A stretch of 64,000 nucleotides of DNA from a virus (taxonomy: Duplodnaviria > Caudoviricetes). Positions 48,687 to 57,420 of the stretch are shown here, one piece after another (the stretch's first letter is position 1; each line of letters opens with the position of its first letter). The position numbers and the translations under genes are program-made. The DNA is taken from positions 12,842 through 76,841 of IMG/VR virus record IMGVR_UViG_3300031813_000013, one strand, 5' to 3'. The notes beneath the pieces are model-generated. The model had not been told where the DNA came from. It saw only the letters and a program-made list of their open reading frames with translations, and did not search any database.

Positions 48687-49748
48687 TTATGGTCCTGAAG
48701 AATTGCTCAAAGTTGTTCCCAAAGAAGCGGGAGCATTAGATATAGCCGAAGTTACTGCACCATTTACACTAATCACATGTTGTTGTGTTGGTGGATTGCC
48801 GTATGAAATTTCTGTAATAATTGGTCTAATTATGGCTGCTGTGGTGTTTGATGTTACCACATTGCTTGATGCGGTTTGCGCTGTAGCCAATGTAGTGCCT
48901 GTCATGATATTAACATTATCTTGAACACTTTGCATTTGTAGTCCAACAGACTGTAAAGCATTGGTGAAATTTGCAAGACAACCTTTTAAAATTGCTTGTA
49001 TTTGACCAGGCAAACTTTTAATCCATGAGATGATTTGAGATAGGTCTTTCAACAAATAATATACAGCCGATGCATCTGTTATGTAACGTAAGATTTTGTT
49101 TATAATTTCATTAACATTTGCTAGAGTACCCTTTGCAACGGAAAAGCTGACAGAGTATTGGCCAGTAACGTCAAGATTTAATCCTGAAAGCAACAATTTT
49201 ATGGCTGCTCTAAATGTGTTGTTTAGAATGTTCATTGCCATTCTTATGGCTGCTGCTGCGGCTGATTTACCTTGTGAAATTGCTTTTTTGATTGCATTCA
49301 CTGGATTAACAACATTGATATCTATGTTTGGAATAACAAATTTGAAGTCACAAGCATGTGTTAGTGTTGAGTTTGTCGAAGCAATGCCTGTATTGATTAA
49401 TGCACCACGGGCTGTACCTGGAATTGTGGGTGTGCCAATAGTTAAAAATGATCCATTCCAGTTTGATGGCCATGCTGGCGCATTGATTTGATTCAATATA
49501 CCATTTACTGTGTTGGATTCTGGTAAGTTTAGAAATGAGGGTGTGTTTACACCAAGACTATTTGTTGCACCAGAAAATGCGTTACCAATTATAGAAGCCG
49601 CATCAGCAACACCAGTTGAAACAATATTGTTTAAGTCTGATAAATTTGGTAGTGAGCCAGTGGTTGCAGATACAGATATGCCAGCGTTTACATTAACGTT
49701 GGATACTGTTGTTGAACTTGTTGCTGTTGCTGTTGTTAAAGTTGTCAT
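48687..49748 (-). CDS. Hypothetical protein (353 aa) lying between the two gp5 halves
   Basis: Intact ORF; low-complexity termini and an amphipathic helical core with HACDF and KGCL. Confidence 0.7.
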   Translation of the reverse strand: MTTLTTATATSSTTVSNVNVNAGISVSATTGSLPNLSDLNNIVSTGVADAASIIGNAFSGATNSLGVNTPSFLNLPESNTVNGILNQINAPAWPSNWNGSFLTIGTPTIPGTARGALINTGIASTNSTLTHACDFKFVIPNIDINVVNPVNAIKKAISQGKSAAAAAIRMAMNILNNTFRAAIKLLLSGLNLDVTGQYSVSFSVAKGTLANVNEIINKILRYITDASAVYYLLKDLSQIISWIKSLPGQIQAILKGCLANFTNALQSVGLQMQSVQDNVNIMTGTTLATAQTASSNVVTSNTTAAIIRPIITEISYGNPPTQQHVISVNGAVTSAISNAPASLGTTLSNSSGP

Positions 49749-49791
49749 TTTGTTGTTTTAGGTGTAGATTTTTGTTGTTTTAGGTGTAGAT
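49748..49791. repeat. Perfect 22-nt tandem duplication
   Basis: TTTTGTTGTTTTAGGTGTAGAT at 49748-49769 and 49770-49791. Confidence 0.9.
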
Positions 49792-50093
49792 GCTGGAGCA
49801 ATAGCAGGTATGACACCGAACATAAGTGGAAATTGACCACTTTCGCCATCCATAAAGAATCCAAGAACCCATTCACCAATACGCAATGTTTGAAACTGAT
49901 ATGGCGTATTTATAGAGTGAATTGGATGTGCCCATGGCAAATCTGAGTCTGGAATTAAAGATTTGTTATCTGTATGCCAACCAAAAATACGCACCTTACA
50001 ACGACCAACACCTAGAGGGTCAGCATTGTCTACGACTTGGCCAGTCCACCATACAAATCCATTTAACCCTGCAAAATTGTTTACTGCTTTCAT
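49758..50093 (-). CDS. gp5: Baseplate spike N-terminal OB-fold domain (gp5N) as a stand-alone gene
   Basis: FVWWTGQVVDNADPLGVGRCKVRIFGWH, LPWA, GEWVLGFFMDGESGQFPLMFG. Confidence 0.9.
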   Translation of the reverse strand: MKAVNNFAGLNGFVWWTGQVVDNADPLGVGRCKVRIFGWHTDNKSLIPDSDLPWAHPIHSINTPYQFQTLRIGEWVLGFFMDGESGQFPLMFGVIPAIAPASTPKTTKIYT

Positions 50094-50094
50094 T

Positions 50095-51486
50095 TTAACT
50101 TATCGCTGTTTGCCAAGAAGAATCGTTTGGTGGTGAAGGATAACCTGTTGCAGAACTTTCTTTTGCCACCTCGATGATGGTTCTGTATTCATTCTCACTG
50201 ATTAGATGCCTTGTTGCTGTTATCAAATAGTTACCAGACATAAACAAGTTTGGTGCTTTTTCTGATGGATTATTTGATGGTAAAATGAATTCTATAACAG
50301 CACCAACTGTCAATTTAGGGTCACCAGGAACTACAAGTTTGATTCTGGTGTAGTTATCTAATGATAATTGTGCTGTTCTATATGGTATGTATGTCTCCGC
50401 ATTGATATTTGGTGCAATAGGTGAAGTATTTGGATATTTTGCTTGCTGTGCTTTAACGTATGAGTTGTTGACCTCATCAAAATTACTGTAGACCAATTTC
50501 AAAACGGCCTGATTTGTTTCATTTATTTGGTCACCATTTCTATTCACAAAGTTGTTTGTGATAGCATATTTGTTTAGACCTGATGAATTGGTTGGGCCTG
50601 CATAGTTCAAATAATCAAAATTTGTAGTGGTTGTTTTTCTGGTCAAGATATCAACAGATATCAATGAGTTTGCAAACATTCCATTATTCACACCATTCAA
50701 TGCATCATAAGTGTCAATGATTTCATACGCTATTACGTTTGTAAATTCTTCAACAATGTCTGGATTGGTTGTATTGTAATAGTTTTTGGGGTCATAGTAA
50801 TACTTACCTGCTGTGTTACCTGCGGCATTTGACATCATGTATTGCAATGACAAGAAGTTAAAACCATTCTTATTTTCAAAGAACACCATATCAGCACCAG
50901 GAATACCAGGTCTTGGTAATGCATACACCGATAGCCAATTGATTGCATCAAAAGGTTTCAAATTTGGAATTATAAAACTATAAAGTCCCGATGTTTTTTG
51001 TATGTTTAGTTTATTGCTTGGAATCTTTAGTGATTTGAAACCCGTACCAGCACCAGTTGTCCCACCTGAAGTGCAGATATCATAAATCACATCAGAAATC
51101 AGTCTGTTTGGATAAGATTTTGAGATTTTATATTGTTCAGACAACATCAATTCTTCAGAACAGAAATGTAAACAGTAAGATTCTGTATACATGTTCTCAG
51201 CCAATTTACGTTTGTCAATTTTATAAACTCTAAACCATCTATTGATTTGGTTTGTGGTGTCGCCAGACTTATTAAATTGTAAATGCAGAAACTCATTACC
51301 AGTTAAGGCCAAGAATTCAGCATAGCCTTGTGATTCAGCAACCAAAATATAACCAGAGACTACGCTGCTAAACAGGTCTTCCTGATATGATATCTCTACT
51401 GAAGTGAATGGTAATTTTACTGAGCCGGTCGCCGTTAAGAATGTCAGGTCAACCAGGTCATAGTCACGTACATTTCCAATACCCAT
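50095..51486 (-). CDS. Putative baseplate hub protein (gp27-like position)
   Basis: Between gp53 and gp5; YQEDLFSSVVSG, FIIPNLKPFDAINWL, FFENKNGFNF, VPGDPKLTVGAVI, SGNYLITATRH. Confidence 0.7.
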   Translation of the reverse strand: MGIGNVRDYDLVDLTFLTATGSVKLPFTSVEISYQEDLFSSVVSGYILVAESQGYAEFLALTGNEFLHLQFNKSGDTTNQINRWFRVYKIDKRKLAENMYTESYCLHFCSEELMLSEQYKISKSYPNRLISDVIYDICTSGGTTGAGTGFKSLKIPSNKLNIQKTSGLYSFIIPNLKPFDAINWLSVYALPRPGIPGADMVFFENKNGFNFLSLQYMMSNAAGNTAGKYYYDPKNYYNTTNPDIVEEFTNVIAYEIIDTYDALNGVNNGMFANSLISVDILTRKTTTTNFDYLNYAGPTNSSGLNKYAITNNFVNRNGDQINETNQAVLKLVYSNFDEVNNSYVKAQQAKYPNTSPIAPNINAETYIPYRTAQLSLDNYTRIKLVVPGDPKLTVGAVIEFILPSNNPSEKAPNLFMSGNYLITATRHLISENEYRTIIEVAKESSATGYPSPPNDSSWQTAIS

Positions 51487-51487
51487 G

Positions 51488-52147
51488 TTATGTACTCAAT
51501 AGGTTGATTAATTGGTTTTCGACTGCACCAGCATAGTTCAAGTTCAACAAATTGATTTTTCTCTTTGATTCATTCAATTGGTCTTCATACTGAAAGATTG
51601 TCTGTGGATAAGCCTGTGTATTAACTGTGACTGTCACACCATAAGAGAAGGTTGAGGTCTTTGAACCTTGAACAACATTTGCATATGCATTTTGGTCAAT
51701 GATGTAAGTCGTGGTGTTGCTATTGTTTGTTGCACCATCTATCGTGGTAACAGTCTTAACATATTGATAAATTGTATTCTGTGTATATTTCAACACTTGA
51801 TTCATTGTGACCGTGTTTGCAGTAATGTTTAAACTATTTGCTGTTGCACTTGAGTATTTGTCAAACAAATAATCTTTAAACAAACCTGGCTCCATTGGCC
51901 AATCAGCATATCTATCAAACATTTGATTGCTATACATCACCATCCAGTATCTGTAAGGATCAGTATAGTATTTGTTTGCAATCGTATCTGGTGTGTCACC
52001 ACTTTGTATGTTGTAATCATAGAACAACAAAGAGTTATTCAACAAACTAGGAATCATTTCAACACGTTCCAAAATGTTAACAACATTAATGCTGTTACCT
52101 TGATAGTCTGTTGTTGTTATTTTAGGAAATTGGTTAAAGTATTTCAT
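51488..52147 (-). CDS. gp53: Baseplate wedge protein
   Basis: MKYFNQFPKI, YNIQSGDTPDTIANKYY...YWMV, WP, YEDQLNESKRKINLL. Confidence 0.9.
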   Translation of the reverse strand: MKYFNQFPKITTTDYQGNSINVVNILERVEMIPSLLNNSLLFYDYNIQSGDTPDTIANKYYTDPYRYWMVMYSNQMFDRYADWPMEPGLFKDYLFDKYSSATANSLNITANTVTMNQVLKYTQNTIYQYVKTVTTIDGATNNSNTTTYIIDQNAYANVVQGSKTSTFSYGVTVTVNTQAYPQTIFQYEDQLNESKRKINLLNLNYAGAVENQLINLLST

Positions 52148-53181
52148 TAACGTAATCCTGAAGTTGAAGAATCGTTGTATGTGCCTGAAGCACCAGTAGG
52201 ATTGGAACCACTCATTAGTTTTGACTTTGTAACAATTTCAATTTCTCTGAAGTTCAATGTCAATGTTGTTTGCACAGGTGCACCATCAACGTGGGCCGCA
52301 TAGCCATTAGGTGCAAAGTTTACATCCATTGCTGTTAATACGCAGTCACCATATCTTGGTAGATAGATGTTTTCATTTGTTCCAAACATAAACTCAACAT
52401 TAAAGAATGATGGTGGCTGGAAGAAAAGACCACGATTAGATGATGCGGCCGACAAAACATCTGGTGCAAAATGATATCTAAATGTGCTAATGATGTTGTT
52501 TACTGTTTGTGCCTCGTCTTGCGAACTTGGTGTGAAAGTAAAACTTAATTGAAATTCTCTAAAGCCAACACCTCTAAAGATTGACTGCATTTGTGGGTTA
52601 ATTGCATAACCAAGAGAAGATGCAACTGCTGGTGCAAAGTTGTCACTCACACCTCGAATTTTATCAGCCAACATTAAACCACCGTAAGCAGCGGCACGTT
52701 GTGCTTCTTGACTCATTTTACCTGTTGGATTGCTTAGAGAAATGCCGCTGGCGATATCTACAGCAAACTGAATGCCTTTAATTGCTAAACCTAAGTCATT
52801 GGTTAGACTTAAAGTGTCAAAGTCTGCACTATATGCTGCATTGACAGTATCTGGCATATATAAACCAATGACAGCAAGAGACTGTGTTGTCGGTGGATTA
52901 ATGTTGAAATTTTGTATGAAGTTTCCAAAGTTTTGTAAATTTTCACCAACAGAATTGGATTTGAATTGTGCAACTGCGGCTTCAGTAGATGCAGCAATAT
53001 CTGTTGTTTTTATGGTTTTAATCCAAAACTTAACGTAATGTGCTTTTGTTGAACTACCTAAATCTTGTGGATAGTTCAATATAGTACCAAGTTGTCCCAC
53101 TGGAGGGCCATACAAAGCTGCTGTTGGACCAACCGTATTAAAAACGTCTGGCGTTGATACTGATGTGATTGTGATTGGCAT
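52147..53181 (-). CDS. gp48: Baseplate tail tube cap
   Basis: LYMP, GYAINPQMQSIFRGVGFREFQLSFTFTPSSQDEA, CVLTAMDVNFAPNG, LNFREIEIVTK; CATAAATA at 53205-53212. Confidence 0.88.
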   Translation of the reverse strand: MPITITSVSTPDVFNTVGPTAALYGPPVGQLGTILNYPQDLGSSTKAHYVKFWIKTIKTTDIAASTEAAVAQFKSNSVGENLQNFGNFIQNFNINPPTTQSLAVIGLYMPDTVNAAYSADFDTLSLTNDLGLAIKGIQFAVDIASGISLSNPTGKMSQEAQRAAAYGGLMLADKIRGVSDNFAPAVASSLGYAINPQMQSIFRGVGFREFQLSFTFTPSSQDEAQTVNNIISTFRYHFAPDVLSAASSNRGLFFQPPSFFNVEFMFGTNENIYLPRYGDCVLTAMDVNFAPNGYAAHVDGAPVQTTLTLNFREIEIVTKSKLMSGSNPTGASGTYNDSSTSGLR

Positions 53182-53209
53182 TGTTTTTTATAGGAAATAT
53201 ATACTATTT

Positions 53210-53644
53210 ATGGCTTATTCTGGACGATTCATACCTAAGAATCCACAAAAGTACGTGGGTGACTACAAAAACATCATTTATCGGTCAACCTGGGAAGCTA
53301 AGGTGATGACCTGGCTCGATAAAAATCCAGATATTATCTCTTGGGCATCGGAAGAACTTATCATTCCTTATATATCTCCTATAGATAACAGATACCACAG
53401 ATACTTTCCAGACTTTCTGGTCAAGGTCAAAACTAGAGACGGTTCTATGAAAACCATGCTACTTGAGGTAAAACCAAAGAAACAGACCTTGGAGCCAGTA
53501 AAAAAGAAACGTATGACTAAGCAGTACCTCAACGAAATAGCGACTTATGGTGTGAACCAAGCAAAGTGGAAGGCAGCCAATGAATACTGCCTTGACCGTG
53601 GTTGGGAGTTTAAGATACTGACGGAAGAACACCTAGGAATATGA
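53210..53644 (+). CDS. gp4: Head completion nuclease
   Basis: MAYSGRFIPKNPQKYVGD, IIYRSTWE, WASEELIIPY, HRYFPDF, EVKP, NQAKWKAA; start moved from 53165 to ATG 53210. Confidence 0.92.
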   Translation: MAYSGRFIPKNPQKYVGDYKNIIYRSTWEAKVMTWLDKNPDIISWASEELIIPYISPIDNRYHRYFPDFLVKVKTRDGSMKTMLLEVKPKKQTLEPVKKKRMTKQYLNEIATYGVNQAKWKAANEYCLDRGWEFKILTEEHLGI

Positions 53645-53655
53645 CTAAATAAAAT

Positions 53656-54285
53656 ATGACCTCTAAACTTACCACACTTGCAGAACAAAAAAAGGCAGCC
53701 GGACATGTAACTATGTCTAAAGATGCCACCGTATGGTTGCAGGACAAGATTAATGAACTGAAAAAGGCATCTATTGCACAGATACCTTCAACCATAAATC
53801 GTGAGAAGTTTAGACAAATGTCTCAGTTTAGACTGGGAATGATGTATTGTTTCTATTATGATCCTAAAACTAAGGCAGATTTGCCATATTGGGACAGATT
53901 TCCAATGGTTTTGGTGTTAGAACGATACAATGATGGCTTCTTAGGCTTGAACCTGCATTATCTGCCAGTCAAGTTTAGAGTTGCTTTTTTGACAAAATTA
54001 ATGAGATTTGCTCAGTTGACACCAGACAATGATATAAAAAGAATGAGAATTTCTTATGATATCTTGGATGCATTTAAGAAATATGCTGAGTTTAGACCAT
54101 GCTTAAAGAGATACTTGCATAGTCACATTCGTTCAAAGATGTTGATGATTCAACCTAATGAGTGGGATGTGGCCACAATGCTACCTATACAACAATTTAG
54201 AGGTGCAAAACCACAAGAAGTATGGAGAGATTCCGTACATGAGTGGAAAGACCACATGAAACATTTTAACACGGACGAAGAATAA
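53656..54285 (+). CDS. gp2: DNA end protector protein
   Basis: YYDPKTKADLPYWDRFPMV, GFLGLNLHYLP, RPCLKRYL, LPIQQF. Confidence 0.9.
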   Translation: MTSKLTTLAEQKKAAGHVTMSKDATVWLQDKINELKKASIAQIPSTINREKFRQMSQFRLGMMYCFYYDPKTKADLPYWDRFPMVLVLERYNDGFLGLNLHYLPVKFRVAFLTKLMRFAQLTPDNDIKRMRISYDILDAFKKYAEFRPCLKRYLHSHIRSKMLMIQPNEWDVATMLPIQQFRGAKPQEVWRDSVHEWKDHMKHFNTDEE

Positions 54286-54286
54286 A

Positions 54287-55042
54287 ATGCCAACAGATAT
54301 TAACGGTTTTGTTAATTCATTTATTTCAGACTTAGCTAGACCAAGCAAGTTTGAAGTTACTATTTTTCCTCCTCAAATCTTTTCAAGCTTCTACCTTCAA
54401 CAACAATCTGGTGGCGGTTTTGCATTACGTTGCGAAAATGCCAATCTTCCAGGTAGAACCTTTGGTACAACAGAACAAAAGTTTGGTTCAAACCCATCAC
54501 AAAAGTTTCCAATGCATTCATCATACAATGATATGGACTTAACTTTTGTGGTATCAGGTGATATGTCTGAAAGAAATTTCTTTGATATTTGGATGGAGTA
54601 TATCAACCCAACCACATCATTTGATTTCTCATACAAAAAAGATTCAACAAAAAACAATAGTCAGGGTTACTCTGCTACAATTTTGGTAACACAATACGAC
54701 ACATATAACAATCCTGTTTATACGGTTCAACTATACAATGCATATCCAATCTCAGTGAATCAAATGGATTTGGATTGGTCTACTGACACATATCACAAAT
54801 TAACTGTGGTGTTTGCATATGACTACTGGCAAAATGTGGAAGCAATAAAGAGAGAGCAAACTATACCACAGCCAAGCAATGGCCAAGCACCATTGAGTAT
54901 ACAATCTTTGGGTGTGGGTGGCGCTGGCCAACTTGCTGTAGCACAAACAAATGCTTCTGTATTGAATGCTATAGTGAAAAGAAACACGAACACAAATACT
55001 ACAAATGCTGTGCAAGTTTATCAAAACGCTCAGAATCAATGA
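54287..55042 (+). CDS. gp54: Baseplate tail-tube initiator / tube-fold protein (gp54/gp19-like)
   Basis: LARPSKFEV, LRCENANLPGR, FFDIWMEYI, LYNAYPISV, LTVVFAYDYW. Confidence 0.75.
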   Translation: MPTDINGFVNSFISDLARPSKFEVTIFPPQIFSSFYLQQQSGGGFALRCENANLPGRTFGTTEQKFGSNPSQKFPMHSSYNDMDLTFVVSGDMSERNFFDIWMEYINPTTSFDFSYKKDSTKNNSQGYSATILVTQYDTYNNPVYTVQLYNAYPISVNQMDLDWSTDTYHKLTVVFAYDYWQNVEAIKREQTIPQPSNGQAPLSIQSLGVGGAGQLAVAQTNASVLNAIVKRNTNTNTTNAVQVYQNAQNQ

Positions 55043-55062
55043 TTTTTTAATGGAGTAATATA

Positions 55063-55788
55063 ATGGCTTTACCAAAAATTGATGCGCCGATTTATGAATT
55101 GGAATTACCGTTATCTAAGAAACAAATTAGATACAGACCTTTTCTAGTAAAAGAACAACGTAACCTAATGATGGCAATGGAGTCTGACGATAAAGACACC
55201 ATTGAGAAAAACATCAAGCAGGTTCTAAACAACTGCACACTAACCAAAGGCGTCAACATTGATGCATTACCTATTTTGGACGTTGAATACTATTTCATTC
55301 AACTAAGAGCAAGGTCTGTTAGCGAAGTTGTAGACAACAAGTACCGTTGTGAGAATGAAGTTGATGGTAAGGTTTGCAATAACTCAATGGAAGTTAAGTT
55401 CAATCTATTGGATATCAAACTCGATAAAGAAGAAACCAACAAGAATGAGATTCAGTTGACCAAAGATATTGTGATTAAATTGACTTACCCACAATTCTCC
55501 GTATTGGAAAAAACATCTAAGTTAAACAATACAACTGATATGGCATTCAACATGATTGTTGATTGCATTGAATCTATTTTTGATGGCCAACAATTCCACT
55601 ATGCAAAAGAAACACCACGACAAGAGTTGGTTGATTTCATTGAATCTTTGAGTCATGAACAGTTTGCAAAGATTGAAGAATTTTTCAATAATCTACCAAG
55701 GTTAAATAAGAAGATTGAATGTACCTGTGGTAAATGTGGTTTTAAACACCTTATTGAAATTGAAGGCCTCGAAAATTTTTTCGGGTAA
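55063..55788 (+). CDS. gp26: Baseplate hub assembly chaperone
   Basis: MALPKIDAPIYELELP, YRPFLVKEQRNL, DVEYYFIQLRARSVSE, CxxC-like CGKC, IEGLENFFG. Confidence 0.9.
   Translation: MALPKIDAPIYELELPLSKKQIRYRPFLVKEQRNLMMAMESDDKDTIEKNIKQVLNNCTLTKGVNIDALPILDVEYYFIQLRARSVSEVVDNKYRCENEVDGKVCNNSMEVKFNLLDIKLDKEETNKNEIQLTKDIVIKLTYPQFSVLEKTSKLNNTTDMAFNMIVDCIESIFDGQQFHYAKETPRQELVDFIESLSHEQFAKIEEFFNNLPRLNKKIECTCGKCGFKHLIEIEGLENFFG
55773..55782 (+). promoter_or_regulatory. Putative -1 frameshift slippery site (A AAT TTT TTC)
   Basis: Two overlapping X XXY YYZ heptamers in the gp26 frame just before its TAA; the -1 frame is the gp51 frame. Confidence 0.65.
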
Positions 55789-55976
55789 TATTTCGTCATG
55801 ATAACTTAAGAAATTATTATAAGACAAACTTTGCATTGATACAGCACCACAAATATAGTTTGTCTGAACTTGAAGGTATGATACCTTGGGAGCGTGAAAT
55901 TTACGTTGCTATGCTTGCTCAGTATATTGAAGAAGAAAATGAGAAGATAAAACAAAGAAACAACGAACGTAGATAA
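55782..55976 (+). CDS. gp51: Baseplate hub assembly catalyst; no cognate AUG, probably read by frameshift from gp26
   Basis: Not in ORF track. RVIFRHDNLRNYYKTNFALIQHHKYSLSELEGMIPWEREIYVAMLAQYIEEENEKIKQRNNERR*. Confidence 0.85.
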   Translation, partial: RVIFRHDNLRNYYKTNFALIQHHKYSLSELEGMIPWEREIYVAMLAQYIEEENEKIKQRNNERR

Positions 55977-55978
55977 AC

Positions 55979-57418
55979 ATGTCCATTAAAGATACCATAC
56001 AAAAACTTGAAGAAGAAAAGAGAAAGGTCGATGAGAAACTCATGGACCATTTCCGCAAGGAAGTTTCTGAAGAAATGAAAAAAAAGATCCTTGAATATAA
56101 GGACCTTGTAGACCCATTTGTTCTGAAAAAAGTATTCGGTATCAAAGTAGCAAAATCAAGTGATGCTGGCGCTGTTAGACCAACCAAAAAGTTGAGTGAG
56201 AAGGCCTCTAGAACACCAAGAGATATCACACCTAAAGAAGCATTCTTTAACACCATCTCACAAAAAAGCAGCAAACTCAAAAAGGGTGACCACTTGGCCA
56301 ATATTGGTGCCAAGATTTTGTTGTTTATGGTGAAACAACGTGAAGAAAACAACTTAATGTCTGAGTTGGCAAGAAATTTCCAAAAGGCTAAAGAAGAAGA
56401 AATTAACGAACGCCACGATAACACCATTGGTAAGTTATATAAACGAGAGTTAAACAATAAAAGACAAGAAGAACGCAATACACGCAAAGGTAAATCCAGT
56501 CTATTGAAGACAGGTATTGTAGGTGCAGTGGGTGTTGGCCTATTATTGTTTGCAGAAGATGCACATGCAACTTTTTCTGACATGAAAAAGAAATTTGATA
56601 TGCTTACAACCGATATCAAAGATTTATTGCAGAAACCACCTAAAGAAGCAATTTCAGCCAACTTAGGTGATGTCTCATCATTAAAAGATATCATTGGTAA
56701 GGTCGAATCTGGTGGTAACTACAATCAATTGGTGTTACCGAAATCAGGACCAATGCCTGAAGAATTCAAAGGTATAGATTTATCCAAACTTTCATTAACA
56801 CAAGTGCAAGACTTACAATCAAAAATGAAACAGAGTGGAAAGTTTCCATCTCAAGCATTGGGTAAGTATCAGATTACACCAGACACACTAAAACATCTAA
56901 TTACGAAATTTAAAATTGATCCTAATGAAAAATTCACACCAGAATTGCAAGACAAATTGGCTGATGACCTGATTGAAGAAGCAGGTGGTTCTAAATTTAA
57001 AGCTGGAATCATAGACACAAACGAATTTCAAACCAATTTGGCAAAAACATGGGCCGCAATACCTGTTCCAACAGACATGAGTGTTAAGGATAATTTTGGC
57101 CAAAGAAATTTGAAAGCCGGTCAAAGTTATTATACTGGTGTCGGTGGAAACAAGGCAGCAAACATACAAGCACCTCTTACAACCGCTATATCTGGTATGA
57201 GAGGTTCAACTGCAACTCAGGTTTCTAATGTTTCAACCGCAGGTCAAAATGTTGTAGCAAAATCTCGTGATTTCATTGAAGAAGAAGGTGACAAATACAT
57301 ACCAATCATAGTGAATAGAGCAACAGTTTTACCAATTGGTCAAGTGAATTCTTTTATTAGAGATAAGGTTGCATTTGATGATAAAGCAACTATGGTCAGA
57401 GAATACTTTGGAAGATAA
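55979..57418 (+). CDS. Tape-measure-like (gp29-like) paralog 1 with lambda-R-like muramidase domain
   Basis: Follows gp26/51; central hydrophobic VGAVGVGLLL; IGKVESGG, ALGKYQITPDTL, FTPELQDKLA, WAAIP. Confidence 0.7.
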   Translation: MSIKDTIQKLEEEKRKVDEKLMDHFRKEVSEEMKKKILEYKDLVDPFVLKKVFGIKVAKSSDAGAVRPTKKLSEKASRTPRDITPKEAFFNTISQKSSKLKKGDHLANIGAKILLFMVKQREENNLMSELARNFQKAKEEEINERHDNTIGKLYKRELNNKRQEERNTRKGKSSLLKTGIVGAVGVGLLLFAEDAHATFSDMKKKFDMLTTDIKDLLQKPPKEAISANLGDVSSLKDIIGKVESGGNYNQLVLPKSGPMPEEFKGIDLSKLSLTQVQDLQSKMKQSGKFPSQALGKYQITPDTLKHLITKFKIDPNEKFTPELQDKLADDLIEEAGGSKFKAGIIDTNEFQTNLAKTWAAIPVPTDMSVKDNFGQRNLKAGQSYYTGVGGNKAANIQAPLTTAISGMRGSTATQVSNVSTAGQNVVAKSRDFIEEEGDKYIPIIVNRATVLPIGQVNSFIRDKVAFDDKATMVREYFGR

Positions 57419-57420
57419 AA

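Noticed and set aside
29575-50093. Stop-codon reassignment as the cause of the split genes
   Set aside because: The breaks are TAA and two of the three change frame by 1 nt; TAG and TGA end other genes normally and conserved genes are intact in code 11
53165-53209. Longer gp4 start at 53165
   Set aside because: Overlaps the divergent gp48 start; the conserved N-terminus begins at MAYSG (53210)
55909-56694. 261-aa minus-strand ORF and the many other 60-210 aa antisense or alternate-frame ORFs in the track
   Set aside because: Shadows of well-supported genes; the low-complexity codon usage leaves few stops on the opposite strand
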